Shown: positions 49,626 through 63,301 of the stretch, piece after piece
Position numbering within the stretch: position 1 is the first letter of the stretch
Layout of the letters: every line of letters begins with the position of its first letter
Assembly (NCBI GenBank): GCA_024679065.1
Contig: JAGIQG010000010.1
Span: 50,840,001-50,904,000 of the forward strand
Direction: 5' to 3'
Length of the DNA: 64,000 bases
From: Sphyrna mokarran
Taxonomy: Eukaryota
Made by a program: the position numbers and the translations under genes
The notes under the pieces: model-generated
Seen by the model: the letters and a program-made list of their open reading frames with translations, nothing else
Database searches by the model: none
What the model was told of the DNA's origin: nothing

Positions 49626-52600
49626 GGAGCTCTCAGAGTTATATTCTATGTTAGAGTTACAATGTCCACAAAAGGGCCCAAGGAGGATTGAGATCTCTGA
49701 CCCAGGCAAGTTTAGGATTTCAAAGATCAGACAAGGTTACAATCTTACCCCCGACTGCCTTAGGATCTCTGGTCCTATAGGCATGATTAGGATCTCCCCT
49801 TAGTCATGATGCGAATATCACCCCTCAAATTAAATTAGGAAATCTTCTCTCTCACCGCATTAGGATTTCCCTCCCCTCTCCCCGTCAAACTGGTTATGGT
49901 CTCTGCTCTCAGTTTAGATTTGCAAATGCCCCTATTTTAAAGGGCCTGATAATCAGCTATCCAAAGCACTTGTTGTCTGATTCAGGTGAAAGACCCATTT
50001 ATACAAGGAAATCGTATGATCTATATAGGACTCTGATTAGCCAAATTAGATATGAACTAGTTGGAGCCAGTGTATGCAGCTCCCTTCAGTTTGGAGTCTG
50101 TACTGTGCTGTGAAGCCTGGAAAGATTGAAAGGGAGGTTGATATAGCAGTTGGGTTCTTCTGTCAACAGTACCTATAACAGCTCTTAATAAGCTTCATGA
50201 CCTTTCACTATACCTTCACTATGTTGTCCTGTTAGCTTTGGCCAATCTCTGTAATGTATAATCAGAAGTGAATACCTCCACGTGGCAGTCAAGACAGCTC
50301 AAATTCTAGACCAGCACATTATTGTGCCTTCTTAAATAATTTGCCTAGTTTGGGAACCTCTGCTCTACACCCACACAAAAAATGGAAAAGCTGTTTCCCC
50401 TTATTTGGGGATTAATGAATCTCCAGTTGCTGTATTCCAACTTGCTGTTGCTTTTAAGTAACCTTGATAATTCAAGACCATTCTTCTGAGTTAAATGGTG
50501 CTGTGGTGGTAACTAAAACAGCTTTTCTACATTCCAAATGTACTGGTCAGATTTCATAAGAAGGCTTGAATGGCCAGCTGCTCAATTGTGTCTTAAACAA
50601 ATGCAAAGTTGGCAAACAAGTAATCCGGCCTATGTTTGAATCTAAGAACAGCACATATCTAATTTCTTTTTCATAAGAAGGGGCATAATGTGGCATGCAA
50701 GTTACTATTTCCTGTGCGCTGGAAGCCAACTCCAAACATTAAGGCCCACCCAGCATGCGCATAATTGAGAAGAATGACAATGAACCAATTTTTAAAGCTC
50801 TGTGTGAACCATTTATGCTTCCTGATCATAACAACCAAGCTGCTTAATTAGTGGACCATTTGGCCAGGCTTGTTTGGTTGCATGCTTTGGGAAAGGAAAA
50901 GAAAAACTAGCCTAATAGAACAGAGAAAGTCAGAAAAATGATTATTCTGAGTACAGTTAATCAGAATCTAAGGAAAAAAAAACAACTAAACTGCAGAGTG
51001 GGTCTGGAATTGTGAAGATAGATTCTATTCAATCATGAATCAATAATTTCAGTTAAACTCAATCCTATACTTAAAGGTTGAGATTACTGGATGGCAATCA
51101 GGATTTGGAAGAATGTACCAGACCCTGGGATCCATATTTCCGTCTTTACTGACATTCATTAAGACCAGACTAGAAACTGAATCTGAGACCTTCTGACCTG
51201 GGTTTTAACCCATAAAGTCATCAGGAAAGCAAAATGTATTACTTAAACAATGCAACGGAGAAGTTTCATCATGAGAAAGGAATGGCTTTGCATCAGGTGG
51301 GATGTTAACATTTTTAAATTCATAAGCTGAACCCAATCCGTTGCCAACTCATTCACTTCCTTTGTTAACAAAGGTAGGATTGGGAAGGGGACCAACTTGT
51401 TCCCAAGAAACCGCTTTCTCTTAAATATTTAACCTTGTTACATACATTGATTTTTTTTCTTTGATCCAGCTTTATCACTGGCTTGTTTGGTTTCGAGATC
51501 TTGGGAAACCAGCTGTTAATGTGAGACATGGACTGCTCTCAGGAGAAGGTAAGTATTTTTTTCAGTTTCCTGCACTGATTGTGGCTGACAAAATTGAATG
51601 CTCCCATTGACCATGCAAACTGTTTCTATTCTTGCAATTGGAACCTTTCTCATCACGATCAAACACTCCATCCATGATTGGGCAATTTCCATCTTCTGTG
51701 ATCTGACACCCCGAAATGAAATCTCCTCTAATTGAGACCCTTCAGGATTATTGGTCCCCTGCACTCACTGACTCTTCCAAACCCCATATTTGTGTCCAGT
51801 ATCACTGAGATCACCATGATCATGTCTGAGCCTCCCAAGACATGCCATAACCACCCCAAACTTGCAATCTTTAACCTGAGCAGCAGGGAAGCTATATATT
51901 TCTGGTTTGTGGCTTCTCTCAGTATTTTCCCCCGACAGCATATCAAGCTTATGAACCATGTAAATCTTCCAGACAAGAAGTTAACTAATACTCCACAACA
52001 TTCACAAATAAATAAGACTTCTGAATTTCCAGAACTTCATGCCTTCTGTTTAGAAGTCTCATCTAGTAAAGAATAGGGCCATTTGATTAAAATAAATATT
52101 TGATCAAGGAGACATTAAGTTTTATAAAGAGCATGGACCAGCCACCCTACTACTTTGGCTTGAGTTGTGCTCACCAGAACCCTCTGCTTTTCGTCCTAGT
52201 ATCTGCTTAACATGAACTAGCAAAAACTTGTGCTACTCGCGGTGCATCTGAGGTACCAACCTTCATTAAGCTTATGGGAAATCCAGCCTTCAGCTACACA
52301 GAGTAGGGAGAAGTCAGATCTTCCAATTCAATTGCATTCTACACTTCGAGACCTTTTGGGTTTCATGGCCTTGGTCCCCAAAGAGCTGTTCCAATTTCAG
52401 TCAGTTTTGTACTAAACAAGGTTCCCCAGAAACTTAATAATGCAGGCCAGGATCCCGAATATCCAAATCCTGATTTGTTTCCCAAACTGAATGCTTCACT
52501 TCTGCTTAGTTACTGTGGATTCTTATAGAAGGTTATTGAATTATAGTGTTATAATAGCATCATATGTACAAAAACCTTATTGGGAGATTGATATTTTGCT

Positions 52601-52634
52601 TTTAAAAAGCATCATTGAATGTGGACCTGTATTA

Positions 52635-52860
52635 GCGAATCACAGGATTGTTACAGCACACAAGGAGGCTATTCAGCCCACTGAGTCTGCACCAGCTCTG
52701 TAAATGAGCATCATGACTAAGTGCTATTCCTTGCTTTGTCCCCATACCCCTGCACATTGTTTCTATTCAAATAACAATCTAACATGCCTCTATCACTCTT
52801 CCAGGTAGTGCATTGCAGATCTGAATCACTTGTTTTTTGAAAGAAACTTTTCTCACATTA
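52635..52860 (-). mobile_element. CR1 3' end fragment
   Basis: GGAGGCTATTCAGCCCACTGAGTCTGCACCAGCTC..CCCCATACCCCTG..CCAGGTAGTGCATTGCAGAT. Confidence 0.75.
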
Positions 52861-52861
52861 T

Positions 52862-53355
52862 GGCCGCGATTCCCCCATTGTGACCTGGAACTTTTCTGTC
52901 GGGTCACAGTGGTAGATGCGAGTTACCGGCCTTAGTCTGGCAGCAGGACATCAGCATCTCCCAGAGCTGGAGAACAGTCTCCAGCCAGACCTCTCTGGAA
53001 ACTGGTGGGAAGACTGGTAGGTCATTTCAATCTTTTCTGCATATATTTTAAATATGTTTATTAGTTAACATATTATTCAGGTCCTGATTCAACCTCCCAC
53101 CCTGCCAGGAGTATTCATTCCGGTGGGGTTCAGACTAGCCCCCCACATTGGGAGAGCTAGCAGGAGACTCCACCAGAATAAAGGGGGGGGTCAATCCAGG
53201 CTCCCCAAGGGGTCGAGTGGCAGGGGGGTGATGCATCCTGGGCATGGGCACCTTGGCAGTGCCAGCCTGCATCCTTTGGCACTGCTTAAGGAGCAAAGTG
53301 TCCATGTCAAGAGGGCAGCTTGGTACCACCCACCAGGCTCAGGGCAGTGCAAAGG
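52862..53355. mobile_element. Left part of a Harbinger-type non-autonomous element
   Basis: Terminus GGCCGCGATTCCCC, subterminal hairpin CATTGTGACC..GGTCACAGTG and GGCAGTGCC subrepeats. The right end is lost. Confidence 0.55.
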
Positions 53356-53356
53356 A

Positions 53357-53972
53357 TGCTTTCATCAATTGGGATATTGGGTTTAAAAATTGACAAGTCA
53401 TGTTTCAGCTTTATAGAACCTTAGTTAGGCTGCACTTGGAATATAGTGTTCAATTCTGCTCATCACAGGTGTGGAGGCTTTGAAGAAGGTACAGAAAAGA
53501 TTTTCTAGGATGTTGACTGGTATGGAGGACATTAGCTATGAGGAGAGGTTGGAAAAACTTGGTTTGTTCTCTTTGAAACAACAGAGGTTGAGGGGCAACC
53601 TGATAGAAATCTACAAGCTTATGAGAGGCATGGACAAAGTGGAAGCCTTTTCCCAGGGTGGAAGAGTCAATTACTAGGGGGCATAAGTTTAAGGTGCGAG
53701 GGGCAAGGTTTAAAGCAGATGTACGAGGTAGGTTTCTTTCACAGAGGTGATTGATGCCTAGAACTTGCAGTTGGGGGAGGTAATGAAAACAGATACAATT
53801 CGTGACTTTTAATGGGCACCTTGACAAATACATGAATTAGATGGGAATAGAGGGATATGGTCCCCAGAAGGTCAGGGAGTTTTAGTTAAGTTGGGCGGTA
53901 TGGTCGGTACAGGTTTGGATGGCCAAAGGGCCTGTTCCTGTGCTGTAATTTTATTTGTTCTTTGATCCTTGT
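53357..53972 (+). mobile_element. CR1 3' fragment
   Basis: ORF EALKKVQKRFSRML.GM..ISYEERLEKLGLFSL..RLRGNLIEIYK, followed by a CR1 tail. Confidence 0.9.
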
Positions 53973-55025
53973 TACTAATTCTATCCCAAATCATTGTTCC
54001 TCAAAGCACCATCTATATTATCACCTTAAATGACTTTTGAATTTCCCAGTTAGCACTGACCCTGATTCCCATCCTCTTTCGGGGAATTGTGCCAGTTTTT
54101 GAAAGAACAATTGCTAATCCCATTCCAATCTCTGGTCATATTCTACTTTGTCATCATTGCACATACATTGTGTGTAATATTCTTAGAGTCATAACATTTC
54201 ACTATTGAAATCAATCAAGCCACCATGCCATTGTTACTACTAACTATTCAACTGGGACTATTTATTCTAATCACATTTCCAATGAAAACTTTGGAAGGCA
54301 AGTACAATATACAGCATGACAGGTGATGTTTGAGAGCTGGAGGCCTGAAGGAGAATTCAGAATTCTGACCATTGAAGGAATATTCCAATAATCATTGCTC
54401 AGACCTGTATTCAATGCTGAAATTCTTTCCTAACCTATGTATTTTACATATTCAATATATTTTCTACACTGTAAATTCAAGGCTTCATAAATAAAATTCA
54501 TTATCTCATTTGCCATTTTACCCACGCTTCCATGCTTAGAGGTCAATGTACCACTCCTATTCTGCCATTCGTAATTCTATTTAGAGGTTTTTTTTTATTT
54601 AGGACATACTTCTGTCACTGTCCTTCTCACACAATGTATTATACAGTTCTTTACATTGCATGTGCAACTCATCTGACCAATCTACTAAACTGTCTACATC
54701 CTCTTGCAATCTCCCCTTGTTTGTTCCTCACATTTTGTCACACTTTGTTATGTAATATCTTAAGGAAATTCTAATGTCATTCCATTTCTTCCTATGCCAA
54801 AATAATTTATCTGAATTTGTATCAATAGCTTCAGACCAAGGCAAGGTTCCACTTGCCATAAAGCTATTCCTCTTGTGACACCTCAATTATGACCCATGCT
54901 TCCAAATTTTCTTTTCTATTTCTTTCTTGATTGTGAAATAATACAAGCTAAAATATCAAACAAATGTTGCCAAGCCTTTGTTTCCTTCTGTCATTGTTCC
55001 AGTATCTCTTTTACTAATATCTCAT

Positions 55026-55807
55026 TGTTAGGAATTTGGGGAGTTAACAAGGTTAACTATTGAAGTTGAGATGAAAGCAAAATATTATACAACTGACAAG
55101 TTTGGCAGGTGCCTAGAGGAATACTAAGATGTGATTTGCCAAGTAATAAGATTGGCAGGCATATAGAGAAATTGAAGTGCAAATTGCCACTTCAGAAAAG
55201 CTATTTACAAGCGGTCAGTGGAACTGTACAAATGATTACTTCTAAAGGGAAAGAATTTGAGAGAGGTAAATAGTCAAATCTACAGGGTGGAATATCAGAG
55301 AAACTGAACAATGTGATTGCAAGTGCCTTCATTGGGGAAGGAGGCCAGTTTTCCATCTAACAGTCAGAAGAAGGCCTGTTCCATCTAATCTTTAGACCCA
55401 CAGAAAATTACAGATATTCTCATCTAAAAGACGTAGTCTTGTACTTACACTGAAGCAATATGGCATGGTAACTATTGACTGGATTTGACTTGCAAAGCTA
55501 TTAAATTATATATTGCTTGTTTCTCAGTTAGTTCAGGGAGCATGGGTGTATTTTGGGAACAATGTTAATTTCAGATAAAATGGTGTGTTTAGTTATTAAT
55601 ATACTTAGATGTCAAAGTAGATATTAATCATTCTTATATGTTTTTCTGTTCCTTTGTTGTTTATGCAATGACTGGATTGGTTCCTCACTGAACTATATAT
55701 GGTTCCTCACATTATTCCAAATGAATATATACCCCTAAGAACCAATGTTTCAAGCTATCCTTCTGGCTTTGAGACACTCTCACAGTAACATGTGTAACTT
55801 CTTAACA
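55026..55807. mobile_element. Solo LTR (782 bp)
   Basis: Termini TGTTA...TAACA with a perfect 5-bp TSD CTCAT at 55021-55025 and 55808-55812. Confidence 0.8.
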
Positions 55808-56742
55808 CTCATTTGCAGAAAGTGAGTTGCAACTCAATATCCAGAATTGCAGTATCTAAGAAACTGCAGACAAAGTTTTGAATATTCTGAAGAATGAATG
55901 AAGAATATTTACTGTTTGAGTTAAATTTAGAAAAAAACGCAAACTGTCACTTAGCATACTCACTAAAAAAAGCCAAAGATATATGAGCACATTAAAATAA
56001 CCAAAAAGTGCATTTACTGTAATTGCCAGGATTGATTACATTATCCACAAATCTTACAGTTACATTGATGATTTAAAAGCTGGTAAGTTTAAAACTTCAG
56101 ACATTTTCTCTTTTTGAAGCTGTCTCGTGAAGTCTTACACTGAGTTTTCTACATGAATTACCAATATTAAATCAGAGTTAAGTGACCTTTCAAGATAAGT
56201 CAGCATAAAACAAAGCATCAAGATAACTCAGCAAAATAACACACATAAGAATGACCCACTCCAACAGGAAAGCACGTAGTGCCTTGGCAGATATGATGAA
56301 ATAAATTACCATTACTGAGGCTAGGTAGAGTCTTAATCACGTATGTGAGGACAAAGAACCTCAGTGTAGAAAGAACTTAGAAAAAAATTAACTAAAGGTC
56401 ATGCTTTCGGGAACAGGAAGACAAATAGTGTATGTGGTTGCTAAGCAGAATGATGTCAGACTTAAATGAACTACTTAGGCTTTGACATGGAGCCAAGTGA
56501 TTATTAAGGAAAACAGAACTACAAGGAAACAGTTCAAAACAGAACTGCAGAAATCATGTACATAGTCTAGCTTTGCGTTTTTAGATGATAGCATGTGATG
56601 CAAATAACATATCGATATTCAAAAGCTACATTGTCTTTGTCATTATTAAGCATGCCTAAAACTGATTAGCATTACTCTTAAATTGCTTAATATAGTTTAT
56701 CACATAATATATTCCTTCTTCATGTTTATGATCAACATAATT

Positions 56743-58387
56743 GGGGGCAATTCTCCAGAGCAATAGTTCAACCAGGAATTCTGATGGCCTGTTGAATCAT
56801 GTGAGAAGGTCAAATCAGGATTCTCGCTCGGCATCCAACCTGTTGTGAGTTTCCCAGTACAGTATCCCAGTTAGGTTTTTGTTTAGAGCGGTGAGAACCT
56901 AATCGCTCCTTCTTTAAATACATTTAAATATAACTACAGCAGGAAATCCACTATGTGTCAATTTCTCCCGGCCCAGACAAGCGGGCATCAGTTGCTGTGG
57001 ATGCCGAGAGGGTGGCAAGGAGTAAGCACTGCTTCAAGCTATGCCCATTGTCCCTTTAGTTGTTGTCAGGCTGCAGAGGAAGGAACTTGGGGTTTGGTAG
57101 TGTTCAGGCTGGAGAAAGGGATTGATCTTGGGGCCTTCTCCCTGCATATGGATCTCATGGCTGGACTTCTCGTTTTTACCCTGGGAAATGTGGAAATTAC
57201 TCCAAGGATGATTATTTCAGACACTTTCCTGGTTAAAATCTTTATTATTGTCCGTACGCTGTAAAACCTTTGAAGTAGCCTGGTCACTCATAAGCTCCAG
57301 CCTCTCATAAGTGCCAGGTTCTCTGAAAGTCTTTTGAAGCATTCTGATTGAAAGAAAATTTGAATTTCACTAGGAAGAACCCCTTTTCTAGCTTTAATAA
57401 GCCCCAGCTTATTAAACTTTTATAATAGCTTTAATTGACAGTTGCAAAGCAGATCAAAGAGGTTTAGCAAATGTTTGTTTACACAAGGATCAGATGTTAC
57501 ATTAGCTGCTTAAAACCTTTCTAATTGAAAAATCATAGAATTACAGAATCCCTACAATGCAGATGAAGGCCATTTGGACCATTGAGACTGCACTGACTCT
57601 GGCAGAGTATCTTATCCAAACCCTCTCCCTCTCTCTAACCCAGTAACCCCACACATTTACATGGCTAATCAATCTAACCTACACACCATGTGATTCGAAG
57701 GAGCAATTTTTTTTAATCATGGGCAACCTACCTAATCTGTACATCTTTCGACTGTGAGAAGAAACTGGATGAAACTGACACAACTCAGAGATTATCTTCC
57801 ATAGGGCCCTCATTGAGAACCTCCCACCAGCCATCATTTATTTCCCTGAATAGGCATTATGACTATGCCCAGGGACTCAAAAGCCTTTGGAGTGCTCAGA
57901 TGGTCATGTACATAGTTTAACAGTGCCTTAACTTAACCCCCTGCCACTCTGCCAATGCCAGTTTGGCAGTGGCATTCACGCAGTGGTCATTGCCAGGATG
58001 TCAGTACTAGGGTGTCACCAGGGCGACAGTGGCAGTGCCAGGTTGGCATGGTGCTAAGGTGAGACCTGAAAGTGTGGGCCTTTTCTGCCCTCTTATAAGA
58101 GCTTCTCTCTATTTGGGAGAGTGAAGTGGCTGAATTGGGTGGGGATTGGCATGAGGCCTCTGACAGGGGTTAAGGGTTGGGACACTCTCATACCTGCATT
58201 GCATGGCGGGGGGAAGAAGGGGTGGAGGGGGTTATTCAAAAAATTAGCAGTGGGGGGTAGTTTGCATCCCTCTCATGAAGGGTTGAGGTTCTCCCCTTAT
58301 CTATGGCGGTAGGGGTTGTAATGTCCATGGATGTGGAGAAGTTGGACCTGGCATGGTATTCTACATTTTTTTGGGAGAATCGCAGTT
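56743..58387. mobile_element. Harbinger-type non-autonomous element carrying an HE1 insertion
   Basis: Termini GGGGGCAATTCTCC and GGAGAATCGCAGTT share the core GCRATTCTCC. GGCAGTG subrepeats occur at 57940-58050. Confidence 0.55.
57531..57770 (-). mobile_element. HE1-type SINE, 3' part
   Basis: AATCATAGAATTACAGAATCCCTACA..GGCCATTTGG..ACATCTTTCGACTGTGAGAAGAAACTGGA; parallels 34355. Confidence 0.8.
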
Positions 58388-59399
58388 GTAGAGTTCAAAA
58401 CGTTTTGTTGATCAAATATTGTGGTGAAGTAGAATATTTGACTGAGATCAATATACTAGTTCAGGAAGCAGACATTATAAGTAACATTAATTTTATTGCC
58501 CAATTGAAGCTAGGGAGAATTTTGCAATCTAAGCAAGGGTACTTTGAAAAGTGCTGCACACATTCTGATATAAATTTGACCGCAGTCATTTATGACTGTC
58601 GCTAGTGAGCCAAAATTACTAATTTAGCTGAATGTGTAGGTGGATTACATTAGCTTGAGTATGCCACACATAAAAGGTATATTAAAGCATTATGACAGAT
58701 CAGATTCTACAAAGCTCTACTAATGACTCACACTTGATAACACTGTGTACAGGTTATATTTTGCAAGGTGCAGATTGCTAGACAAGATGGTATAATTCTC
58801 ATATAAATGGAATACTTCTATAATGTAAAAAAGTTAAAATATGTTTGATGGATGTGTGCTAAGATAACTCAGATTGGTTATTTGTTATTAGCATTTAGCA
58901 AATGTTGGGCATGGCAGGTTTATTTCCTTTGTCCTGGTACCCTGAGAAGACGATTGTGGGTCTTCTCATTGAACAGCTACAGTCCTTGTCTTATGATTAA
59001 TTCCAAAGATTAATGGTATAAAACACGAGTAGGCAATAGTTTTTGAAAGATGAGGCCACATACCTGTTTTGTAAGAAAATCTAAAAACATCTAAAAAAAA
59101 CTTACTCAATGTGAAGAGGCAAGTCTCTCATGGGCATCATAAGGGAGGTGTAAATTGTTTTACTGAATTTGTATGTGTCGGTAAAGTTAGAGCTTGTTTG
59201 CAAAAATAATAAATACTTGAATAATTTTCTTGTGTTTCTATTGAGATCTTTTCAACATGTCCAGTGGAATATTTTTTGTTATTTTCTTGTCCAATAAATA
59301 TTTAATTCTTTGCGTCAAAAATTCATATGAGATAGGCTCCAGTGAATTTGTTCAGTCAATGACCTCAACAGTTTCTAAGTAGCACAAAAATTATGATCT

Positions 59400-59964
59400 A
59401 TCAAGTCTGGTTTGACTGTGGGATCTGACTTGTCTGTACTAATGTTAACTGGAACCTAAATACTCATTGCCAGCCATTTCTCCAAATTTCTTATCATTCA
59501 CCAACTGAGAGATACATCATATACATTGGTAAACACAATGAGCATAATTTTCAGTGTTTTGCCTCCCTGGAGTAGGTAGTGTTAGATGAAGGTCCGCAGC
59601 ACAGCTGTATATTGTGTGCAAAGTGGGCTGTAAACCATATTATGTCATCCCTACACAGTCTGAGGTCAACTGAGTTAGCAGAAAGGATGGTGCAGGTGGT
59701 AAAGTCACTGATTCTGAATTGCAAGGAAACCAGTCAAGTAGCAATATTTCACCTATGAGCAGCAGGACTAGTTGCAGCAATACCATCCCCAACAGTGATT
59801 ATGTTGGAAGACAAGTCAGGACAACTCTTCCGAGTTTTCATTTGATTAGATTGTCAGAAAAGTTATTGAAAGCACAAGGGAAAATGAAAATTACATATGA
59901 CAAACATGCAGGCTTGGCGTTGTCTTCGCTGCTTCTAGAGCAGAAGGTTAGAGAAAAAGGTTGA
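59400..59964 (+). pseudogene. Gypsy-type LTR retrotransposon integrase remnant
   Basis: Decayed HFSKF, IFS, V.DEGPQ, W.VNHI.SS..S..LAERMVQVVK, GRQVRTTLP and Q.KMK..YDKHA match the integrase core (SDNGPQ, SNGLAERMV). Confidence 0.8.
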
Positions 59965-60502
59965 CAATTGTAAATCTCAGCAAGTTTCACTGCCATCAAA
60001 TGAAATCATGTCAGTGGACTACTGGTATTTTTCAGATACACTTGAACATCTAATATTTCTCAATACACATGCTAATACTGTTCATAATTATCTTATTGCA
60101 TTACGTACAAATATTATAACTTGATTTTTTTTCTATTTAAGATAGAATATTTGCTTTGTGATGTTGCTTTGTTTCCATGTTGCTTAACGTATACATAGGG
60201 ACATGGGGACCAAAACCCGTATCAAAAACCTATATCAGGATAGTCTAAATATCATGATTATGTTGTTGAATTTTTGAATCTCTTAATTTGATCATAGAAC
60301 AAAGTTAATTTCCATTGTGAGTTGGAGCATCCAGTTCATTTTTAGCAAAACTATCAATATTTACAATCATTTTTGCAAATCTCCAATCGCAAAACAACAT
60401 TGAATAAATCCGACAGTCACCCCAATGTCTTTCCTTTTGACAAAACATATGTTTACTAATAACTTTGCCAAAAGGAAAAAGCGACACTTCTACCTACAAA
60501 GA

Positions 60503-61078
60503 GGATGGAAGTTTTAGGCCTTGATGGGCTTGAATGTAGAGCCCAATGGTCATGAAATTTACTCTGCTAACAAGTGCACCAGTTGCTAGCAGCATCTTGC
60601 CATCAAGCTATTTTCTTGGACCCAAGATGTGAGATGGCAAAGCAACCCACCTGCAAGCAGCTGTTTGACAATTAATTCTATTTTAAGATCAGTTCAGTTC
60701 TATTGTCAGAAGCTAACTGAAATGTTGCTGGCAGTCCCTAGGTCCACAGAAGCATCAATGAACTGCTCAGATGCCTTGAGATAGCATCCTGAAAATAGAC
60801 TGGCTGTTTCCCCATCTCCACAATAATGGCCCAGTTGTGAAAAGTATTTTTTTAATTTCAAACTTTTAAAAGTTGGAAAAGAGGTGCCTCTATCTTTAGA
60901 CCCTTCCCTGTACAATATAAGGAAGACTGCTGCTTCATCACTTTTGGTGGTCCTCCAGCTCTGTTAGCTTTGTCTCTCTGGCCGATAATTGGACAATTTG
61001 GGGAAAATCATTGAGTGACAGTTTTGCCCATTTGGCCCTAACCTTGGGGTCCTGAAACCCATGGGGAAAATTCTGGTC
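60503..61078. mobile_element. Decayed Harbinger-type MITE
   Basis: Termini GGATGGAAGTTTT and GGAAAATTCTGGTC bound a more GC-rich block. Confidence 0.4.
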
Positions 61079-61365
61079 TGAGGTTCTCTCATTTGTTACA
61101 CTGCACAGTACAACATCTTCAGTGTCAGGTAACTTCACATGTGCAATTGAGTGTGAGCAAATATGCCATGGAACAAGTTGATCCCTACTCAGTTTTGTAT
61201 ATAGAAATATATAGAGAATAATCATTCAAGATAAATGATGTGAGTTTAGATGGACATGCTGTCTCTTTTCATGGCTTTCATTGTATCAGAAGAAATAAAA
61301 TCATATTTGAATTAATAGAAAGAAGCAGTAGGTTTGATGAGACAAATGGCTCTTTCTTGCTCAAT

Positions 61366-61866
61366 GGATTGGGTTTTACAAGCCCTCAGGGATGGTTTGG
61401 GAGAGTGAGTAAAAGGGCAGGGAATGTTGAGGGACAGAGTGGAATACCCATTGTCTTTACCAACAGTGAGGAAAGTGAAGGGCCCTCCTGTTCAACTGAA
61501 GCATTGATGTGGCCAATTATGGGCTCTTCCTTCTGCTGCAGGTAATTTTTCAAAGGGAAATGAACTCTCCGCTGCTTGAGGAGACTGCCAATTGGATTCT
61601 GGTGGCTTCTCAATAGATTTATGGATTCCTCCTAATAAAACACTCTCTGACCCAATGACCGGTAACCCTGCTGAGCTGCAGGCCCTCCTATTGGCTGCCA
61701 TGGGCATGGTCAGTCATCCTTTAAAAGGACTTCAGCCCCAGTAGGAACTAATTTGTTTTCTAACCCTATAAAGTGTAGCTTTAAATAATGCTAACAGCCA
61801 AAGTTGGTGTTGCCCCAACTTTCTTACCCATTGCTAGAACCCCACAACAAGAACAAAATTCAGCCA
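61366..61866. mobile_element. Decayed Harbinger-type MITE
   Basis: Termini GGATTGGGTTTTAC and CAAAATTCAGCCA bound a more GC-rich block. Confidence 0.45.
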
Positions 61867-62457
61867 TCTGTCTGCTTCTGTTTTTACACTGATACAAAAT
61901 AATGGACTGTGAAGGATGGACGTGTATGCATCTGCAGCTAAAAAAAGTGATTTCAGCAATTTGTAGAGTACATAATATGTAAATTAGGTGCTTTTTTTTT
62001 ATTTTCCCTCCATCTTGAGTCTATTTGTTATGAAAGGGTACCAAAAGGTTTCAGGAATGATAAGTTGAACTTAACCCCACTTAGTTACTTAACTGTGATT
62101 TATTCGGTTGCATATATGTTTTAACTAATTGCAGAAGTAGCTATTCAAATATTGAGCATTAGTGTTCTGGTGATATATATATATCTAAAGTGCCTCAACA
62201 ACTAATATTTCACTTATTTACTTGTATAAGTCAAGCAGCTCCTAAGCTTATTAAATAGCAATGCAATAGACTGAGGTATTTTATTGAGGACAGTGTGGTA
62301 AAGAAGATTGCTGCTAATATGAAAAGCAATTTTTCCATCAGCTTAGTGTTTAATAGATTTGTATCTGTTCAGAATAAACCCCAACCATAGATTTTTATTG
62401 CGAGCGGCTAAGAAACATTTTATCCAATTGGAACTGATGAGGGAATATCATATTAAT

Positions 62458-62660
62458 AGAAAATGCTGAAAAATCTCACAATGTTTGACTGCATCAGTGG
62501 AAAGAAAATAGAGCTAACCCTTCCAGACTCGAGGATGACCCTTCCAGACTCAAAACACTGGCTCTGTTCTCTCTCCGTAGATGCTGTCAGACCTATTGAG
62601 ATTTCGAAGCATTTTCTGTTTTTGTTTCAGATTGCGGCATCTGCAGTAATTTACTTTTAA
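62458..62660. mobile_element. Penelope-like inverted-repeat remnant
   Basis: AGAAAATGCT..AAATCTCA pairs with TGAGATTT..AGCATTTTCT. The centre has ACCCTTCCAGACTC twice. Confidence 0.65.
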
Positions 62661-62967
62661 CACCACATTGGCGTTTAGTTTTACAATGGAGGGAATAATT
62701 ATTGACTGTGTTAGCAACTACTGATTACTGCCTAGATGATCTTCTTAATCAATAAGGTTAGCAATTCTTTGTTGTTTTAATGTAGCTTCTATTAAGGTTT
62801 ACTAATAAGTGAAAAATAGAACTGCTGCTGGTTTTTAAATTCCTGTAAAGACAAGGGTGAAAAAACATTAAAGGGATTGTGATTGTCAGGATTTAACATG
62901 TTAGAAATGTTTGTTTGGGTTTTGTTAATCCCCATTCAAAATGCAAATTTAGCTTCAAGCTAGAATT

Positions 62968-63301
62968 TTTTTTCATTCATTAATGAGACACGAGCATCGC
63001 TGGCTGGTCAGCATTTATTGCCCATCCTGAGTTGCCTTTCGAGGCAGTTGAGAGTCAATCACATTGCTGTGGCTCTGGAGTCATGTCGGCCAAACTAGGT
63101 AAGGACAGCAGATTTCCTAAAGACATTAGTGAACATTGGGTTTTTCCAACAATCGCCAATGGTTTCATGGTCATTAGTAGATTCTTAAACCCAGGAATTT
63201 TTAAGTGAATTCAAATCCCATCAGGGCAGGATTCAAACTCAGCTCCTCAGAACATTAGCTGAGTTCCTGGATTAATAGTCGAGCCTTAATACCACTAGGC
63301 C
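62968..63301 (-). mobile_element. tRNA-derived SINE, same family as 24255-24560
   Basis: GCATTTATTGCCCATCC..GAGTCAATCACATTGCTG..GACATTAGTGAAC..CAATGGTTTCATGGTCA is the revcomp of the 24255 copy. Confidence 0.8.

Noticed and set aside
51290-52420. Second Harbinger-like transposase relic (minus NQKYIASLLLR vs NRKG..S..LQ)
   Set aside because: The motif match is too weak and inconsistent between frames to support without an HMM search.
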